Positions 1 to 12,803 of a stretch of DNA of 64,000 bases are shown piece after piece; position 1 is the stretch's first letter; every line of letters begins with the position of its first letter. Source of the DNA: Felis catus. Lineage: Eukaryota. The notes beneath the pieces were generated by a model. The model was not told the DNA's origin. It ran no database searches and worked only from the letters and a program-made list of their open reading frames with translations. The DNA is taken from assembly GCF_018350175.1 (NCBI RefSeq), contig NC_058368.1, positions 209,934,001 to 209,998,000 on the forward strand. Direction: 5' to 3'. A program made the translations under genes and the position numbers.

Positions 1-504
1 CTGGGCTTTGTTCAGAATTCAGACATAATGGCAAAGGCCAATGAGATCCTCTCCACCCACCCCCCTCCATCCCACCCCCCACCCCCAAAGTCCACCCAGA
101 CAGAGAGGGGGAGAGATAAAGAGGCGGGAGATTTATTTTGATGTAGAGTGTTCTGAAAGCAATCCAGAAGGGAACGGAAGTGAGCTCAGAGAAGGGAAAA
201 TGTAGGATATCCTAGGGCACTTTCACAAGGCACCAGGACAGGAGAGAGAATCCACAAAGCAGTGCGGTGACTGTTATCTCCATATGTACGGAATGCCCGC
301 TCTGTGCCTGCAGTTGAAATCGGCGGCTTTTTTTTTTTGAACAGAATAGCATTTGCCGGATTTGGGATGTGTTATCTCAGAATGTGTTTCCTATGCCTGC
401 TCCCTTGTCTCCCAGCATGCTCTGTCCAGCGTAGTGAAGGTGCCTGGTTAGATCACTGGGTAAGGCATGCACTATCTCTCATGCAAGCACAATCACAACA
501 TAGC

Positions 505-735
505 TAGCAGTTAAAAACATGGACTCTGGTGCTACACTCTCTGGATTTGTAATCCAGTTCTACCACTTGGGCGAGAACTTAACCTTCCTGGGACTCAGTT
601 TCCTCATTTGTAAAATGGGATAAGAGTAGTATCAGCTGTGGACTGTTACAGGGTTAGACAGGTTACACATGTGAGGCACTGAGGAGACTGCTTGGCACGT
701 GGTAAGAACTATGAAGCGTTGGCTATCATTATTAT
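505..735 (+). mobile_element. MIR SINE relic
   Basis: MIR core CTCAGTTTCCTCATTTGTAAAATGGG at ~594-619 and a MIR-like 3' end (tggcacgtggtaag...tattat). Confidence 0.8.
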
Positions 736-987
736 AAAATACCTGGTGCTTAGAAGGTATTCAAACGATGTTAAGTGCTGTCAGAAAAATCATCGTATCA
801 AACAGTTCCTGAATCCCTATGTATCCATGATGCTACGTTTTATACTTATTTATGGTGCTCAACTGAAGACATGTTTTTCGCCTGGTAACTTACTTTCTGG
901 GGTGGATGCACTGATTTGGACACAAAGAATTGAAGAAAAAAATGAGAAATCAGGCACAAAAAATAATGCATCAAAAAATAAAGATGT

Positions 988-1190
988 GGGTCACCCAGGT
1001 GGCTCAGTCAGTTGTGTTTGACTTGATTTTGGCTCAAGTTATGATCTCATGGTTCGTGGAGTTGAGCCCCCCATCAGGCTCCCTGCTGATAGTATGAAGC
1101 CTGCTTGGGATTTTCTCTCCTCTTCTCTTCTGCCCCTATCCCCCAATCAATCAATCAATCAATCAATCAAATTAAATAAAAAAAAAAAAA
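988..1190 (+). mobile_element. Carnivore CAN-SINE
   Basis: tRNA-like head GGTGGCTCAGTCAGTT, CT-rich body, (CAAT)n/A tail, TSD AAAGATGTG. Confidence 0.9.
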
Positions 1191-1288
1191 AGATGTGAGC
1201 ATAAAAAGCCAACCAAAATTTGTGCTTACTATCTTAACAGAGCAATCTCATTTCTTATTGGTAGGGTTTTAAAATTGGTTGATAAGTC

Positions 1289-1482
1289 GTGGCACCTGGG
1301 TGGCTCAGTTGGTTAAGCATCTTACTTTGGCTCAGGTCATGATGTCATGGTTTGTGAGTTCAAGTCCCGCATCAGGTGAGCTCGAGCCCCACTTCTTTCT
1401 CTTTCTCTCTGCCTCTCACTCACTTGCACCCTTTCTCTCACAAATAAAATAAAAATAAAAATAAAAATAAAATAAAATAAAA
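1289..1482 (+). mobile_element. CAN-SINE variant with duplicated B-box segment
   Basis: GGCACCTGGGTGGCTCAG head; TSD AAAAT(T/A)GGTTGATA(A/T)GTC; A-rich tail. Confidence 0.88.
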
Positions 1483-1719
1483 TAGGTTGATATGTCAATT
1501 TGCAGCTGTTAAATAGTCATATGCCTACATGTAAGGAGGTCTCTATTGGGATATCACAGAAATCATTCTTATCCTGGTGAATCGTTTTCCATAATAATAG
1601 CTTGTTATTATAATAAATCATAAAATATTTAATGTTAAAGTTATATGTTATAATAAATATCATATTTATAGCAATATTTTATTTCTATAATAAAATGTTG
1701 AGAGAATACCAGCTATGAT

Positions 1720-1880
1720 GTCATTTAGTTATCTCAAGGATCCTGTGATACAAAATATTTATTATTATTCCCATTTGACAGATGAGAAGGTTGAAATCGC
1801 TCAAGTTCACATAGTTAATGAAGGGTACAGCTTGTATTTAAACCTAGAACCTAGAACCATTTGAATTCAAATCTATATTC
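1720..1880 (-). mobile_element. MIR relic
   Basis: attattattcccatttgacagatgag (antisense MIR core). Confidence 0.65.
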
Positions 1881-2094
1881 TAAATGACAAAGAATCCAAA
1901 GGTAATAATTTAGATTATCAAAAAGATATCAAAAGAAATAGAGTTGTGGACTGAAACTAACAGGAGTAGATAAAATAGGGATAGATGGAAAATTCTGAAT
2001 GTACCTTCATAAAACCAGCTGTTTGAGTTTGAAATGGACAAAATATGGCTTAACAACAGATCATGTGATATATGCTTAGGTTTTCTTTCTTTTT

Positions 2095-2205
2095 CTTTTT
2101 TTTATTTTTCCTTTCTTTTTTCCTTTTTTTTTTTAAGTTTATTTTGAGAGAGAGGGAGTGGAGGAGAGGCAGGGAGAGAGAGGGGGAGAGGGAGAGGGAG
2201 AGGGA

Positions 2206-2259
<54 letters not shown>

Positions 2260-2385
2260 CCCAAGCAGGCTCCACACTGTCAGTGCAGAGCCCAATGTGG
2301 GACTCGGGCCCACGAACCATGAGATCATGACCTGAGCTGAAATCGAGAGTCCAATGCTTAACCAACTGAGCCACCCAGGTGCACC
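2095..2385 (-). mobile_element. CAN-SINE with expanded (GA)n/(GGGAGA)n tract
   Basis: Antisense head ...ACTGAGCCACCCAGGTGC at ~2365-2382, long GA microsatellite ~2160-2257, T-rich tail. Confidence 0.92.
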
Positions 2386-3399
2386 TCTTTCTTTTCATTT
2401 TTAGATTTAATTTTAATATGAGCCAACAAATATCTAACATGGCTGCCCATAAAAGCTAATTGCTGTGGTTGCAGCAATCTGCAGAAACACAACCATCACA
2501 GGGAGGAACGGACGAATAGAACACTAAGAATTTGTGTCAGTGAAGGGTCTGGAAAATACGTTTCTAACAATTTCAACAACAAGGAATTGCTGAAGGAACC
2601 ATGGTGGTGTTGTTTTCTAGAAAGCAATGATGGTTATTATAATAATATCTAATTCTGATACAACAGTTTCCTTGACTCAGGCTTATTTATGTATTAACTC
2701 TTTTATACCTTACAACAGTGTTATGAGTAGATGTATTATCATTTCACTTTTATGGATGAGGAAAATTTGTTATGCAGCACAGAAAACTAACAGAGTAATT
2801 CTCTACCTTGTGCTTCCCTCTGCCCTGCCCCTCCCCAGCCACCACCCCTGCCCCCAGTACAAGAGCATACAAGAGCTTTTTCTTTTCCTCCTGACTCGTG
2901 TTTTTAGCTTCTGCCATGGTCACATGTAAGATGTAAGTGCAGTGACAGAGTTTTTACTTTAGTATGTGGCCAAAGCTGACAGAGGACTAATGAAAACCTG
3001 TATCTCCTTTCCCAACTGTTTCCAGATGTGATGTAATGAATCCCTCCTTTTCAAGAATAGCATGCGAGGGGCTAGCTGTTAAAAGGAAACCGTTCCACAT
3101 GTGAGCTAACTCCTTTTACTCTCTGACAAGCTGTTGCCTCTGTTGGCCAGGGTCTACCAGCCAGGTGTCTTCAGATGTGTGCCATGGCCAGCGAGATTCA
3201 CACAGCCATGAAATTGTCCATGAGTGGGAAACATAGGAAATTACAAGTTAGAGATATGCAAAATCTTGCTGGATGTAAAGGTTGAACAGTCCTGACACAG
3301 ACAGATATACAGAAAATAGTATAAACTCTCTTGCTATCATGATTTTGCCATTTGTTACTTGATAACTCTATTTAAAAATTTTGCAATAAATACTTTCAG

Positions 3400-5480
3400 C
3401 AGAAACAAGCTAAAAAACAAAAACAACAATAAAACAGAACAAAACCCCCAAACCTGAAAGAGTATATTTAAGGAAAAATAAGGTCCTGAATGTTCATTTC
3501 TCAAGTTTGTTGATGATGAATATAAAACTTGCACAAAGTGTTTGTTGACCTCAGGGGCTTAGTGATATCATTAAACACATGAAAAGCAAAGACACACATC
3601 TGCTGAAGAAGCAACAGCACCTACTTCAAAGTTAGAAGTTATTTTAAGAGGATTGTGTCCAAAGAAAACAACTTAACATGTGCAGTTGCGGAAAGGTATG
3701 TTTACACATCACTCTTTGAAGTGTGACTTTTCATTTAGATCAAATGTCTGTTCTTCTAAATTAATTTCAATCATTTTCAATTTCAAGATCTCTTGTGTAT
3801 TTATAAGACAATGTTAAAGTGTTGCTCTATTAGCAATAGAAGAATTTTGCAATCAGTTAAAATAATTCCAGTTTTCTGTCAGGGTCATCAGATACTTCAA
3901 ATAGGAAATCAGACCAGTTAAATTCCCATTAATGATTCAATTCTTTTTCCATCTGACAACTCATGAAGTCAAAGTAAAGCTTCCAGAAGATTTTCTGTTG
4001 AAGGCAAAACATCTGATATAATGGTGAATACTGTGATAAATTTAGTAAAAAAGTTAACATTGAAGATTAATTTTTTTTTTGCTGTGGAGATATTAATGAA
4101 TATATGTTTTTGCAGAGCATATCAACATGATAAAAACATATCAACATGATAAAAAAATGTGTTCTAATTATGATATCTGGGGAGCAGAAATATAATTGGA
4201 ATGGATTTTGGTCCATGCACAGATCCTAATTGCATTGAAACCACATTTAATATTTTACCAATTGAAATAGAAACTGATAATGGTTACATTTTACAAATAT
4301 TTATATATATACACAAAGTAATGGATTACAATTTTTGTGTGTATGTGCAGTAAAGCTGCAAGAACTTCACCATAGCAGTATGTATTTTCTCTTAGTCACG
4401 CATCATCAATTGAATCTTATGAATGTTTGAGCTTTTTGAAAAATTACTTGCAAAATCAACTTAAGTATCAACCATGGGGAAGAATTTCTCTAAATTTTGA
4501 TTGCATTCTATCCAAAATCAGTTGGAAATGTTTAATCAAATTATTCAATAAAGGAACAACCAAGATCTTTAGTTCTTAAAGTTTATAGCAAACTTTAATT
4601 ATTAAAATCAAAGCTTGCAAACAGGGAGATATTGATGTTTATCCATACAAGAGCAAGGGAAGAAGCAAACACATTAATTAAAGAAAACTCCAATGCGGAA
4701 AGAGCTCCACATGCAGAATAAAATCTTTTGATAAAGATTTGGTTTTTAATTTGGTAAGTTTATATTCTATTCTGGAATGGATTGAAACTGAGAGGACCTG
4801 TGATTCTGTATAATCTACGTTTGATGAACTATTTAGAAAAATCATTAAAAACCACCTTTTAAAATGAACTTTATCTTATAAAAAATATTTGTTAAAGAAG
4901 ATACTCTGGGGAAAAAAAAAGTACGTGTAAAAATATTTAAGTTGAAATATGAACAGATCTTAATTTAAACATTAAAATCTGAGGGGCACCTGGGTGGCTC
5001 AGTCACTTAAGCGTCTGACTCTTGGTTTTGGCTCAGGTCATGATCTCAGGGTTGATGAGTCTGAGCTCCACATCAGGCTCCGTGCTGACTGTGCAGCGCC
5101 TGCTTGGGATTCTCTCTCTCTCCCTCTGTCTCTGCCCCTCCCCCACTCGCTCTGCCTCTGTCTCTCTCAAAATAAATAAATAAACTTAAAAAAAAAAACA
5201 GATGTTCAAAAATTAAAATCTGAGAATAGGCTCTGTTTAGCAGACTTTGCTCAGAGTTGCCTAGAGAGTGCCCAGCACCCGTACAGAGATTGATCTAGAT
5301 CTCTTAGATAAAAATATGGTCAGAAGAAAGGGGTCAATTGAAGCTGTCATGAATTTCAAATATATTAATCATAAAATTCGACTATGAATAATACTGAAGG
5401 CAAATTTATGAGAAAATTAAAAATAATAATTACATATCAAAAAATTCTTTACAAAAATACTAGTGATAGGGTCTTATAGA
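3400..5480 (+). mobile_element. Decayed hAT-superfamily transposase (BLACKJACK-like) DNA transposon fossil
   Basis: Piecewise translation: LTCAVAE/GMFTHHSLKCDFSFRSNVCSSKLISIIF (~3673-3780); SSDTSNRKS (~3885-3911, first catalytic D); CGDIN (~4084-4098, second D); C-terminal IWSEERGQLK (~5315-5344). Many stops and frameshifts. Confidence 0.75.
4983..5198 (+). mobile_element. CAN-SINE inserted in the hAT fossil
   Basis: GGGGCACCTGGGTGGCTCAG head, poly(A), TSD ATTAAAATCTGAG (4971-4983 and 5212-5224). Confidence 0.92.
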
Positions 5481-5638
5481 CAGATCAAGCTAAAAAATTT
5501 ATTAAAAACATGAAAGTGTACCAAGGATAATTATTTCACATTTATTAGTTTTAATGTTCAGATAATTTACATTCAGACTTAAAGTTTATCCTAATATACT
5601 CAGGTACATTAATTTTAACTTTTTAAGAAATAATTTTA

Positions 5639-5864
5639 TTTTTGATAATAATTTTTTTAATGTTTATTTTTGAGAGGGAGAGAGACAGACAGACAGAGCA
5701 CGAGCAGGGGAGGGGCAGGGAGAAAGGGAGACACAGAATCCGAAGCAGGCTCCAGGCTCCAAGCTGTCAGCACAGAGCCCAACACCTGGCTTGAACTCAC
5801 GAACTACAAGACCATGACCTGAGCTGAAGTCAGACACTCAACCAACTGAGTCACCCAGGTGCCC
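5639..5864 (-). mobile_element. CAN-SINE
   Basis: Antisense SINE body and head ending CACCCAGGTGCCC. Confidence 0.92.
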
Positions 5865-5974
5865 TGAGAAGAAATTTTAATAAAATAATCTGTAAGTTCT
5901 CCAATAAAAGAATACCAGTTTTTTGGTCACTTAATATTCCAAAATGTTATATAATTTTAGTTATTTGTCTTAAG

Positions 5975-7270
5975 TTTTTATTTGGATATAACTTCAAACT
6001 TACAGAAAAGTTACAAGAATATTACAAGGAGGTCCATTCCTTCATGTTTCCATTTTGTTCCATTTACTTTAACATTTTCCCTTTTCTCTTTCTCTCTCCT
6101 TTATCAGTGTGTGTACATAAAATCTTTTTTTTTTTTTTCTTGCACCATTTGAGGGCTTAAGACACCCTTGCCCTTTTTCTACAAAATCATTTCATGTGGT
6201 TTTTACTGAAAGTAAGGATATTGAATTCAGGAAACTCAACATTACTATAACACTGTGATCTGTAGTTCATATCCAAAGTTCACCTCTTATCTCAGTAATG
6301 TCCCTTGTAGCTATTTTCTTCCCATCCAGGACCCAACGTAGTTAACACATATAGCAGCAGTTGTCAGGTCTCTTTGGTACCCTTCAATCTGAAATAGTTC
6401 CTCAGTTTTTCTTTGCCCTACTTAATTAACCTTGACATTTTTTAAAAGAACAAGCTAGCTGTTTTGTCCCTCAGTTTGGGTATGATTAATTTCAGACCAT
6501 GCATTTTTGGCAGGGATAATGTGATATGTCCTCAGTGCATCACATCTGAAGGCACATGGTGTCAGTTTGTCCCAATATTAGTGATACTGACTTAGATCAT
6601 TTGGATAAGTTGGTGTCCAGCAGATGTCTCCCCTGAAGGCATAGATATATTTTCTAAGAAGTAATTGGAGGTCATACAAATCAAATTTTTACCCGCTATA
6701 TTTAGTATCAGTTGATTCTATTAATTGTCCTAGATTGGACCAATGGGATTCCTTCAAGCTAGATGGCTCCTTATTCTTTTGGGATGATCTCTTATTCTTT
6801 AAACATTTCCTTAATTTTCAGCATGAGGTATTACAGGAAGCCTTACTGCTTCAGGTTTGGAATCAGCCTTTTCTCCAAACATCCATGGCTTTTTAGTAAA
6901 GAGTGGTATTTATAAACCAAGATCTGACAACTAGTTGTGCTTCCTGTTACATGTGAATCAATGCTTATAATGGTAGTGCTGATACACACACACATACACA
7001 CACACACACACACACGTATACACAAGCATGTACATATATGAACTTCTCTCTCTCTCTGTATGTACGGGTATAGAGCCATGAATTTATGCTCATATCCAAT
7101 TCAATCCAACACCACAGGATACATTCTAATTTTCTTCCTTCTCTATATAATATACAAGTACTCATTTGTTCATGCCTGGAATATACAGAACGTAGCTTCA
7201 CAATTGCTCAACCATACTACTGTGAAAAGCAAACTAGCTAGAATTTAATATATATTTATAGTTTTATTAG
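5975..7270 (-). mobile_element. Old L1 3' UTR (L1MC-like), with (CA)n at ~6983-7015
   Basis: Antisense L1M 3'-end motifs (ttcaaacttacagaaaagtt; ggtttggaatcagcc...ttctccaa). Confidence 0.7.
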
Positions 7271-7279
7271 GTAAAAATA

Positions 7280-9190
7280 TGTCCACTGAAGTGTAGGATC
7301 TCAAGTGTACAATGTGATGGAATTTTTCAAATGGATATACATGTGAAACACAATCCTTACCAAGATAAAGAGCATTTCTATCACTCCAGTGAGTTTCTTC
7401 TTGCCCCTTCATAGCATTTCAGTCCTTCCTGTAATACACACACTCAAAGGTGATTTTTTTTCCTTTCTGATTTTTAAAAACCACCTGAATTTAGTTTTAC
7501 CTGCTTTAGAACTTCATACACAAGGTCATGAAGATACTCTCCTAGATTCTCCTAGAAGCTTTATAGTTTTAACTTTTATTGTCAGGTCTATGATCTATAT
7601 CAAATTAAGTTTTGCGGATGATAAAATAGGAAGGAGTTGAGTGCCATTTCTCCCTCATACATGAATCTAGTTGTTTTAGTACATATGTTGAAAAGGCTTT
7701 CCTTTTGTCCTCATTGCATTGCTTTGGCATCCGTGTTGATAATCAAGTAATTGTTTAAGTGTATTTCTGGACTCTTTTTTTCCCACTGAAATTTGTCTAT
7801 ATGCTATTATCACACTGTCTTGATTATTGTAGCTTATATTTAAGTCTTAAAATAAGGCAGTGTGAGTACTCCAACTTTGTGCTTTTTTTGTTTAAGATTA
7901 GTTTAGTTACACTAGTTTTTTTTTTTTTCTCATTTGCCATATACAGTTAGCATGATCTTGTCAATGTCTCTAAAAATACCTGCAGGAATTGTAATTGGGA
8001 TTGCTGTGAGTCTATAGATCAATTTGTAGAGAATTGACATTTTAACAATATTGAGTTTTCCCATCCATGAACATAGCATATCTCTCCATTTATGTAGGTC
8101 TTTAATTTTTATCTCAGAGTATTTTGTGGTTATGAGTGTAGCGGTTTTGCACATTCTTGCTGAATGTATTCCTAAGTATTTTATGTTTTTTTGATGCAAT
8201 TGTAAATTGAGTTTTCTTAAACTTTATTTTTCAATTGTTTGCTGCTAAGAGTAGAAATCCTACACAATAGATTTTTAAATATTGACTTTTTATCCTGTGA
8301 TTTTGATAAAATCACATACAAGTTTTATAGTTTTGTAGCTTCCTAACAACTTTCAACTTAACATTTGTGATGTCTGTGATTGGGAAGAGTTTTACTTCTT
8401 CTTTTTGAATCCTTTTGTCTTTTTTCCCCTTTTTACTGGTTGTATTGCAGTGGCTAGATGATGACATAGTTTTTTATCGAATTTGTGTAAGATTGATATT
8501 ATTACCTCTGTTGTTTCTGATGAGTAGTCTACAATTATCAATATCATTGTTTTCCTTTTAGTCATATGTCTCTTTTATCTTAATGCGTTCAAGATTTTCT
8601 TTTTATCTTTGGTTTTTCAGTTGTTTGATTAGGATGTGCCTGAGTGTGTCCGTATTTTTCCTTGGGGAGTTGCTAATCTTTTTGCATCTGTATGCTGTTT
8701 TTCAAAAAAATTTGGTAAACCTTTGGCTATTATTTCTTCAAATAGTCTTTTTTCTTTTATATCATTCTTTTATTTTCTTCTGGGGGCTCTAATTACAAGT
8801 ATATTAGTCTGGCTGATGTTGTCTTCTAGGTCCCTGATGTTTTGTTCATCTTCTTTAAATCTTTTATTTATTTATTCTTCTCTTTTTATGTTGGATAATT
8901 TCTATTGACCCATTGTTAAATTCATTAAACCTTTCTTCAAACTCCATACTCTGATTCCTCAAACCAGTAAGACTGGGACTTTCTGCTTATGTGTGATTGC
9001 TTTAGGCTTGTGTGGACTGGGGAGAAGTCTCAGGCAAAAACTATATAAACACAGATTTTATTGAATTCAGTTCTCTTCCAGAGATTGACTACCATCCAGT
9101 TTCTACTGCTTTTGATTGCTCTCCAGGGCCTTTAAATGGTTGTTTAAACTTTTTTTTTTCATAACTATCTGTAGAAAACACAAGCTACCT
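7280..9190 (-). mobile_element. Old L1 fragments (3' end, ORF2 C-terminal part, ORF1/5' remnants)
   Basis: ORF 7930-8199(-) gives KYLGI...[33 protein letters not shown], typical of L1 ORF2. Confidence 0.8.
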
Positions 9191-11149
9191 TGTCAATATT
9201 AGATATGGGAGTAGGAATACAAATACTATTCCCTAATTCACCCAATAAAGGAAAAATATGTTATATAAATATCATTAACAATTGAAATAGAACAATACGT
9301 TATAAAAATAAAATGTTTTAAAGATTTAAAAAGGCTTGTATAAATATTTGGGTTACACTTGGCAAACTTAACCTTAAAATATCTCATGTGTTAACCTGAG
9401 CCTATTAAATCATCACTAGAATGTAGCTCATGCCACTTGCAATTCACCTGGATCAACAGCTCCTGCACCGCTCCATTTGCTCTCTAATGAACTGAGTCTA
9501 CAATTATGTACTTGAGTGTTATGGCTGCATCAAATTGCTCTCAAGGTTTCTAAATGCATACTCCAATATGTCCTTGTCTCATGGTGGCTCAGCCGCAAAT
9601 ATTCACAGATTGGCATAAGTCTGCAAAATGCATGATGAGCAATGCTGATATACATGTCATTCTTCCGGAACTGTGGATGCACCTCTGAGAAACAGCTGTG
9701 CATGATTGTTGAGAATGAGCTAGGTAATGAGTTAAGGGTATCCTTGTTGTGTAGTGAGTACTGCTGACCTTAATCCATCTATTTGTCTATATTCTACCTT
9801 TGACAAACTCTTGCCAGACCAGTGGCATAGTTGTGCATTGGGGACCAAGGTCTCTTTCTTCAGAGGATTGGTGGCCAACACAGATACCGTGACCTACCAC
9901 TGTTTTTGCAGGAATAACCAAGTATTGTATCTCACTATCAAACCACCTGCTTTCTACAGACACTTCATCATCACCAACTGTGGCAGATCCTGGCACCTGT
10001 CAGTGGATGGACTCTTCATGGTTTTCAGTTTTCTTCCATCATGAAGATGGTAATGACGGGACTGAGTAAGATTCCTTGGGTTTTTTCTCTTGGCATGGGA
10101 GGTGAGACAACCTAAAGAGGTATGCATACTTTTTCACAATAGAGGAGTGGCATGCACAGTTATTTAATTTGAATATTTAAAAAAGACAGTTTTATTTTGT
10201 ACCCCATATTAGGAAAAAGGGACATATAAGTCACCAAAATAGATATATCCAAAGAGGTACATCTAAAACTGCAGACAACAAAGTCAATGATAACACTAGA
10301 ACTAACTATCTGTGTTATGTTCTTTATAAATACTGATACTTTTAGGGCAGAAAGTTTGGTTGAGAATGCATTGACTAAGTGGACAAAATCCTCATTTAAT
10401 TTGTGTAAGTCTTTTTCCCAAAGAAGTAGAATTTAGAATGTCCTATTTTTTTGCTATAAATTTGGGCTTGGTTAAATATTGAGACCAGTGATGAAGATGT
10501 TTGTGTGGAGAGAGGAACACAGAGAACTAAATTTAACTAGTTTAATTTACCAAGTATTATTTTTGTGATCTGTTTTTACTCTGTTTGGGCCATTGTGTTG
10601 ATTCTGAAATGTTTATCTGCCCTTGGAGATTTCAGTGATGAGAACATTTTAAGAACTCTGAAAAATTCTGTAGTTCATTAAATGCAATCACCTGTTGGCA
10701 TGTGGTCAAGACATAATTCACAGGAAAACATTTGTGTTGTGGGATTAGTCCATATCCATCAGGTAAAAGCTTATTTGGTCAGTCATCTTTCCCAAAAGTC
10801 CTGGCAGGGAGACTTGGTGTCTGTATTGTTTTATAATGACTCATATCAAGGGTTAAACTCCTTGATCCTTGCTGGGGTCATGTTGTCAAGCTTATGCTGG
10901 ATATGGTATTTTACATTCTTCACCCACTAACAGCGGCTGCAAGGCTCTCTCCTTTTCTCCCTCCAAAGCCAGGACTAACCTCTTCTTCATTCCTCCACCC
11001 CCATTCTTGTTCTCTTCTATTTTTTAACACTCCACTCATGGACTGCCTGTCTGGATTAGGAGGCAATGGAAGAATTCCACTATCTTCTTGTAAAAATTTT
11101 CGGTGACAAGCAAAGAGTGTACAGTCTGACAGGGAAGGTACCTAATTCG

Positions 11150-11830
11150 AGATGACAATGTGTGAGCCCGATGCTCTAATTAAGGTGAGCACACACTCTT
11201 GTGGTGCATCTGGGAGGAAGCTTGCCTGGAGAAGGTCTGAGAAGATTTTCTATATTAGAAGATATGTAAGAGAGCACAGAAATATAATTTGAAAGACAAA
11301 TAGGGGCTAAGTCATAAAAGAATTTGAATGACATGTTAAGGAATTCAATCTTTAGTGTGAATTATGAGGAGCCACAGAATATTTGTAAGTGCCATGTAAG
11401 GTTTGTGTCTTTGAAAGCTCTCTCTAGTGGCATTACAGAGGATGAACTGTAGACAGAAGATCTAATGAGACACAACTGAAGAAGAACAGGTGACAAATTG
11501 TAAAGGCCTGAAAGTGGGGGCAATGAATTTGTATAAGAGGAGAGAAATACACAAGCTATTTTAGAACTTAGACTCCATAGGACTTGGGACTGGCTTGGAT
11601 GGAGCGTGGGCAGATGGAATAAGGCTCGGGAGGAGTTAGGATGAGGTCTCCCAGGCTTGAAAGACTGATGGATAGTGGTGGCACTGGCCAAGAGAAGGAA
11701 TATAAGACTAGAAACAAGTTAGTCAGTGAGGGACAGTGGGGGGAGGTGTTTAGGTAAGAGATTCTAGTTTAGATTTGAACACATTGGATTTGAGGTGTTT
11801 ATGGGGAGATAATAATAGATTTCTAAGCAT
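11150..11830 (-). mobile_element. L2 LINE relic
   Basis: Purine-rich sequence with L2-like motifs (gccatgtaaggtttg; gatttgaacacattggatttgaggtg). Confidence 0.6.
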
Positions 11831-12109
11831 CGAATAAAGGAGAAAGGTTTTTGTTTTTTCTTCTGACAATTGGTAATTCTCAGTAACTTTTCAGTCCGGT
11901 GTATTTTTTTAGTTATACTTGTATTGTTATAATTTTCTTGATTCTTTTTTTTGGCCACTCATAGATATATTCCTGGCTCCCTTGCATTCATATTCTGTGA
12001 GTTATTTTTGTATCATTACTATTTTTTATTAGAAATATATTTTACTGTGAAATATGCATTCCATATTTTGTTTGTATTATTGTTTGATATCTCAGTTCAA
12101 AACACTTTT

Positions 12110-12319
12110 TTTTTTAATGATTTTTATTTATTTTTGAGAGAGAGACAGAGACAGAGAGCAAGCAGGGGAGGAGCAGAGAGAGAGAGGGAGACACAGAATC
12201 CCAAGTAAGCTCCAAGCTGTCAGCATCAGAGCCTGATGCAGGGCTCAAACCCACAAACCCTGAGATCATAACTTGAGCTGAAGTTGAATGCTTAACCAAT
12301 TGAGCCACCCAGGAGCCCC
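12110..12319 (-). mobile_element. CAN-SINE
   Basis: Antisense SINE; TSD CAAAACACTTTT. Confidence 0.92.
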
Positions 12320-12607
12320 CAAAACACTTTTTACATATACATTTTATTTTCCTCTATGCAACAGTGCTACAAGTAGGTTTATCAGGTAAGGAAACTGAGA
12401 TTTAGAGGTGGCAGGCAAGCACCTGGCTTGTGCAGAGAGTTCACAAAAATAAAGCTGGAGAAGTGGGCCTGCTATAGGTCTGCGGAAGAAGAATAACCAG
12501 AAGTGAGGGTCAGAGCTGCAATAAGAAGAAATAATTTGCTGGTATGAGAAAATCGGAGGGGTCACTAGCCAGCATTCGAATCAGCAGAATAATGCTCTAG
12601 GCTGGGC

Positions 12608-12803
12608 TTCTGGGTGTCTGGGTGTCTCAGTAGGTTAAGCTCAGGTCATGATCTTGTGGTTCCTGGGTTCAAGCCCCGCGTCGGGTTCTGTGCTGACAGC
12701 TCAGAGCCTGGAGCCTGCTTCAGATTCTGTGTCTCCCTCTCTCTCTCTCTGCTCCTCCCCTGCTTGTGCTGTCTCTCAAAAATAAAACGTTAAAAAAAAA
12801 AAA
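12608..12803 (+). mobile_element. CAN-SINE (small deletion in head)
   Basis: GGTTCAAGCCCCGCGTCGGG B-box region, CT tract, poly(A). Confidence 0.9.

Noticed and set aside
2050..2440. ORFs with SLSL or ERER runs, and similar ORFs over other SINEs
   Set aside because: Artefacts of the CAN-SINE (CT)n/(GA)n tracts.
10485..10665. C/D-box snoRNA-like motifs (GTGATGA...CTGA, twice)
   Set aside because: One pair is only ~25 nt long; the other lacks a terminal stem and any recognisable guide; no host gene is evident.
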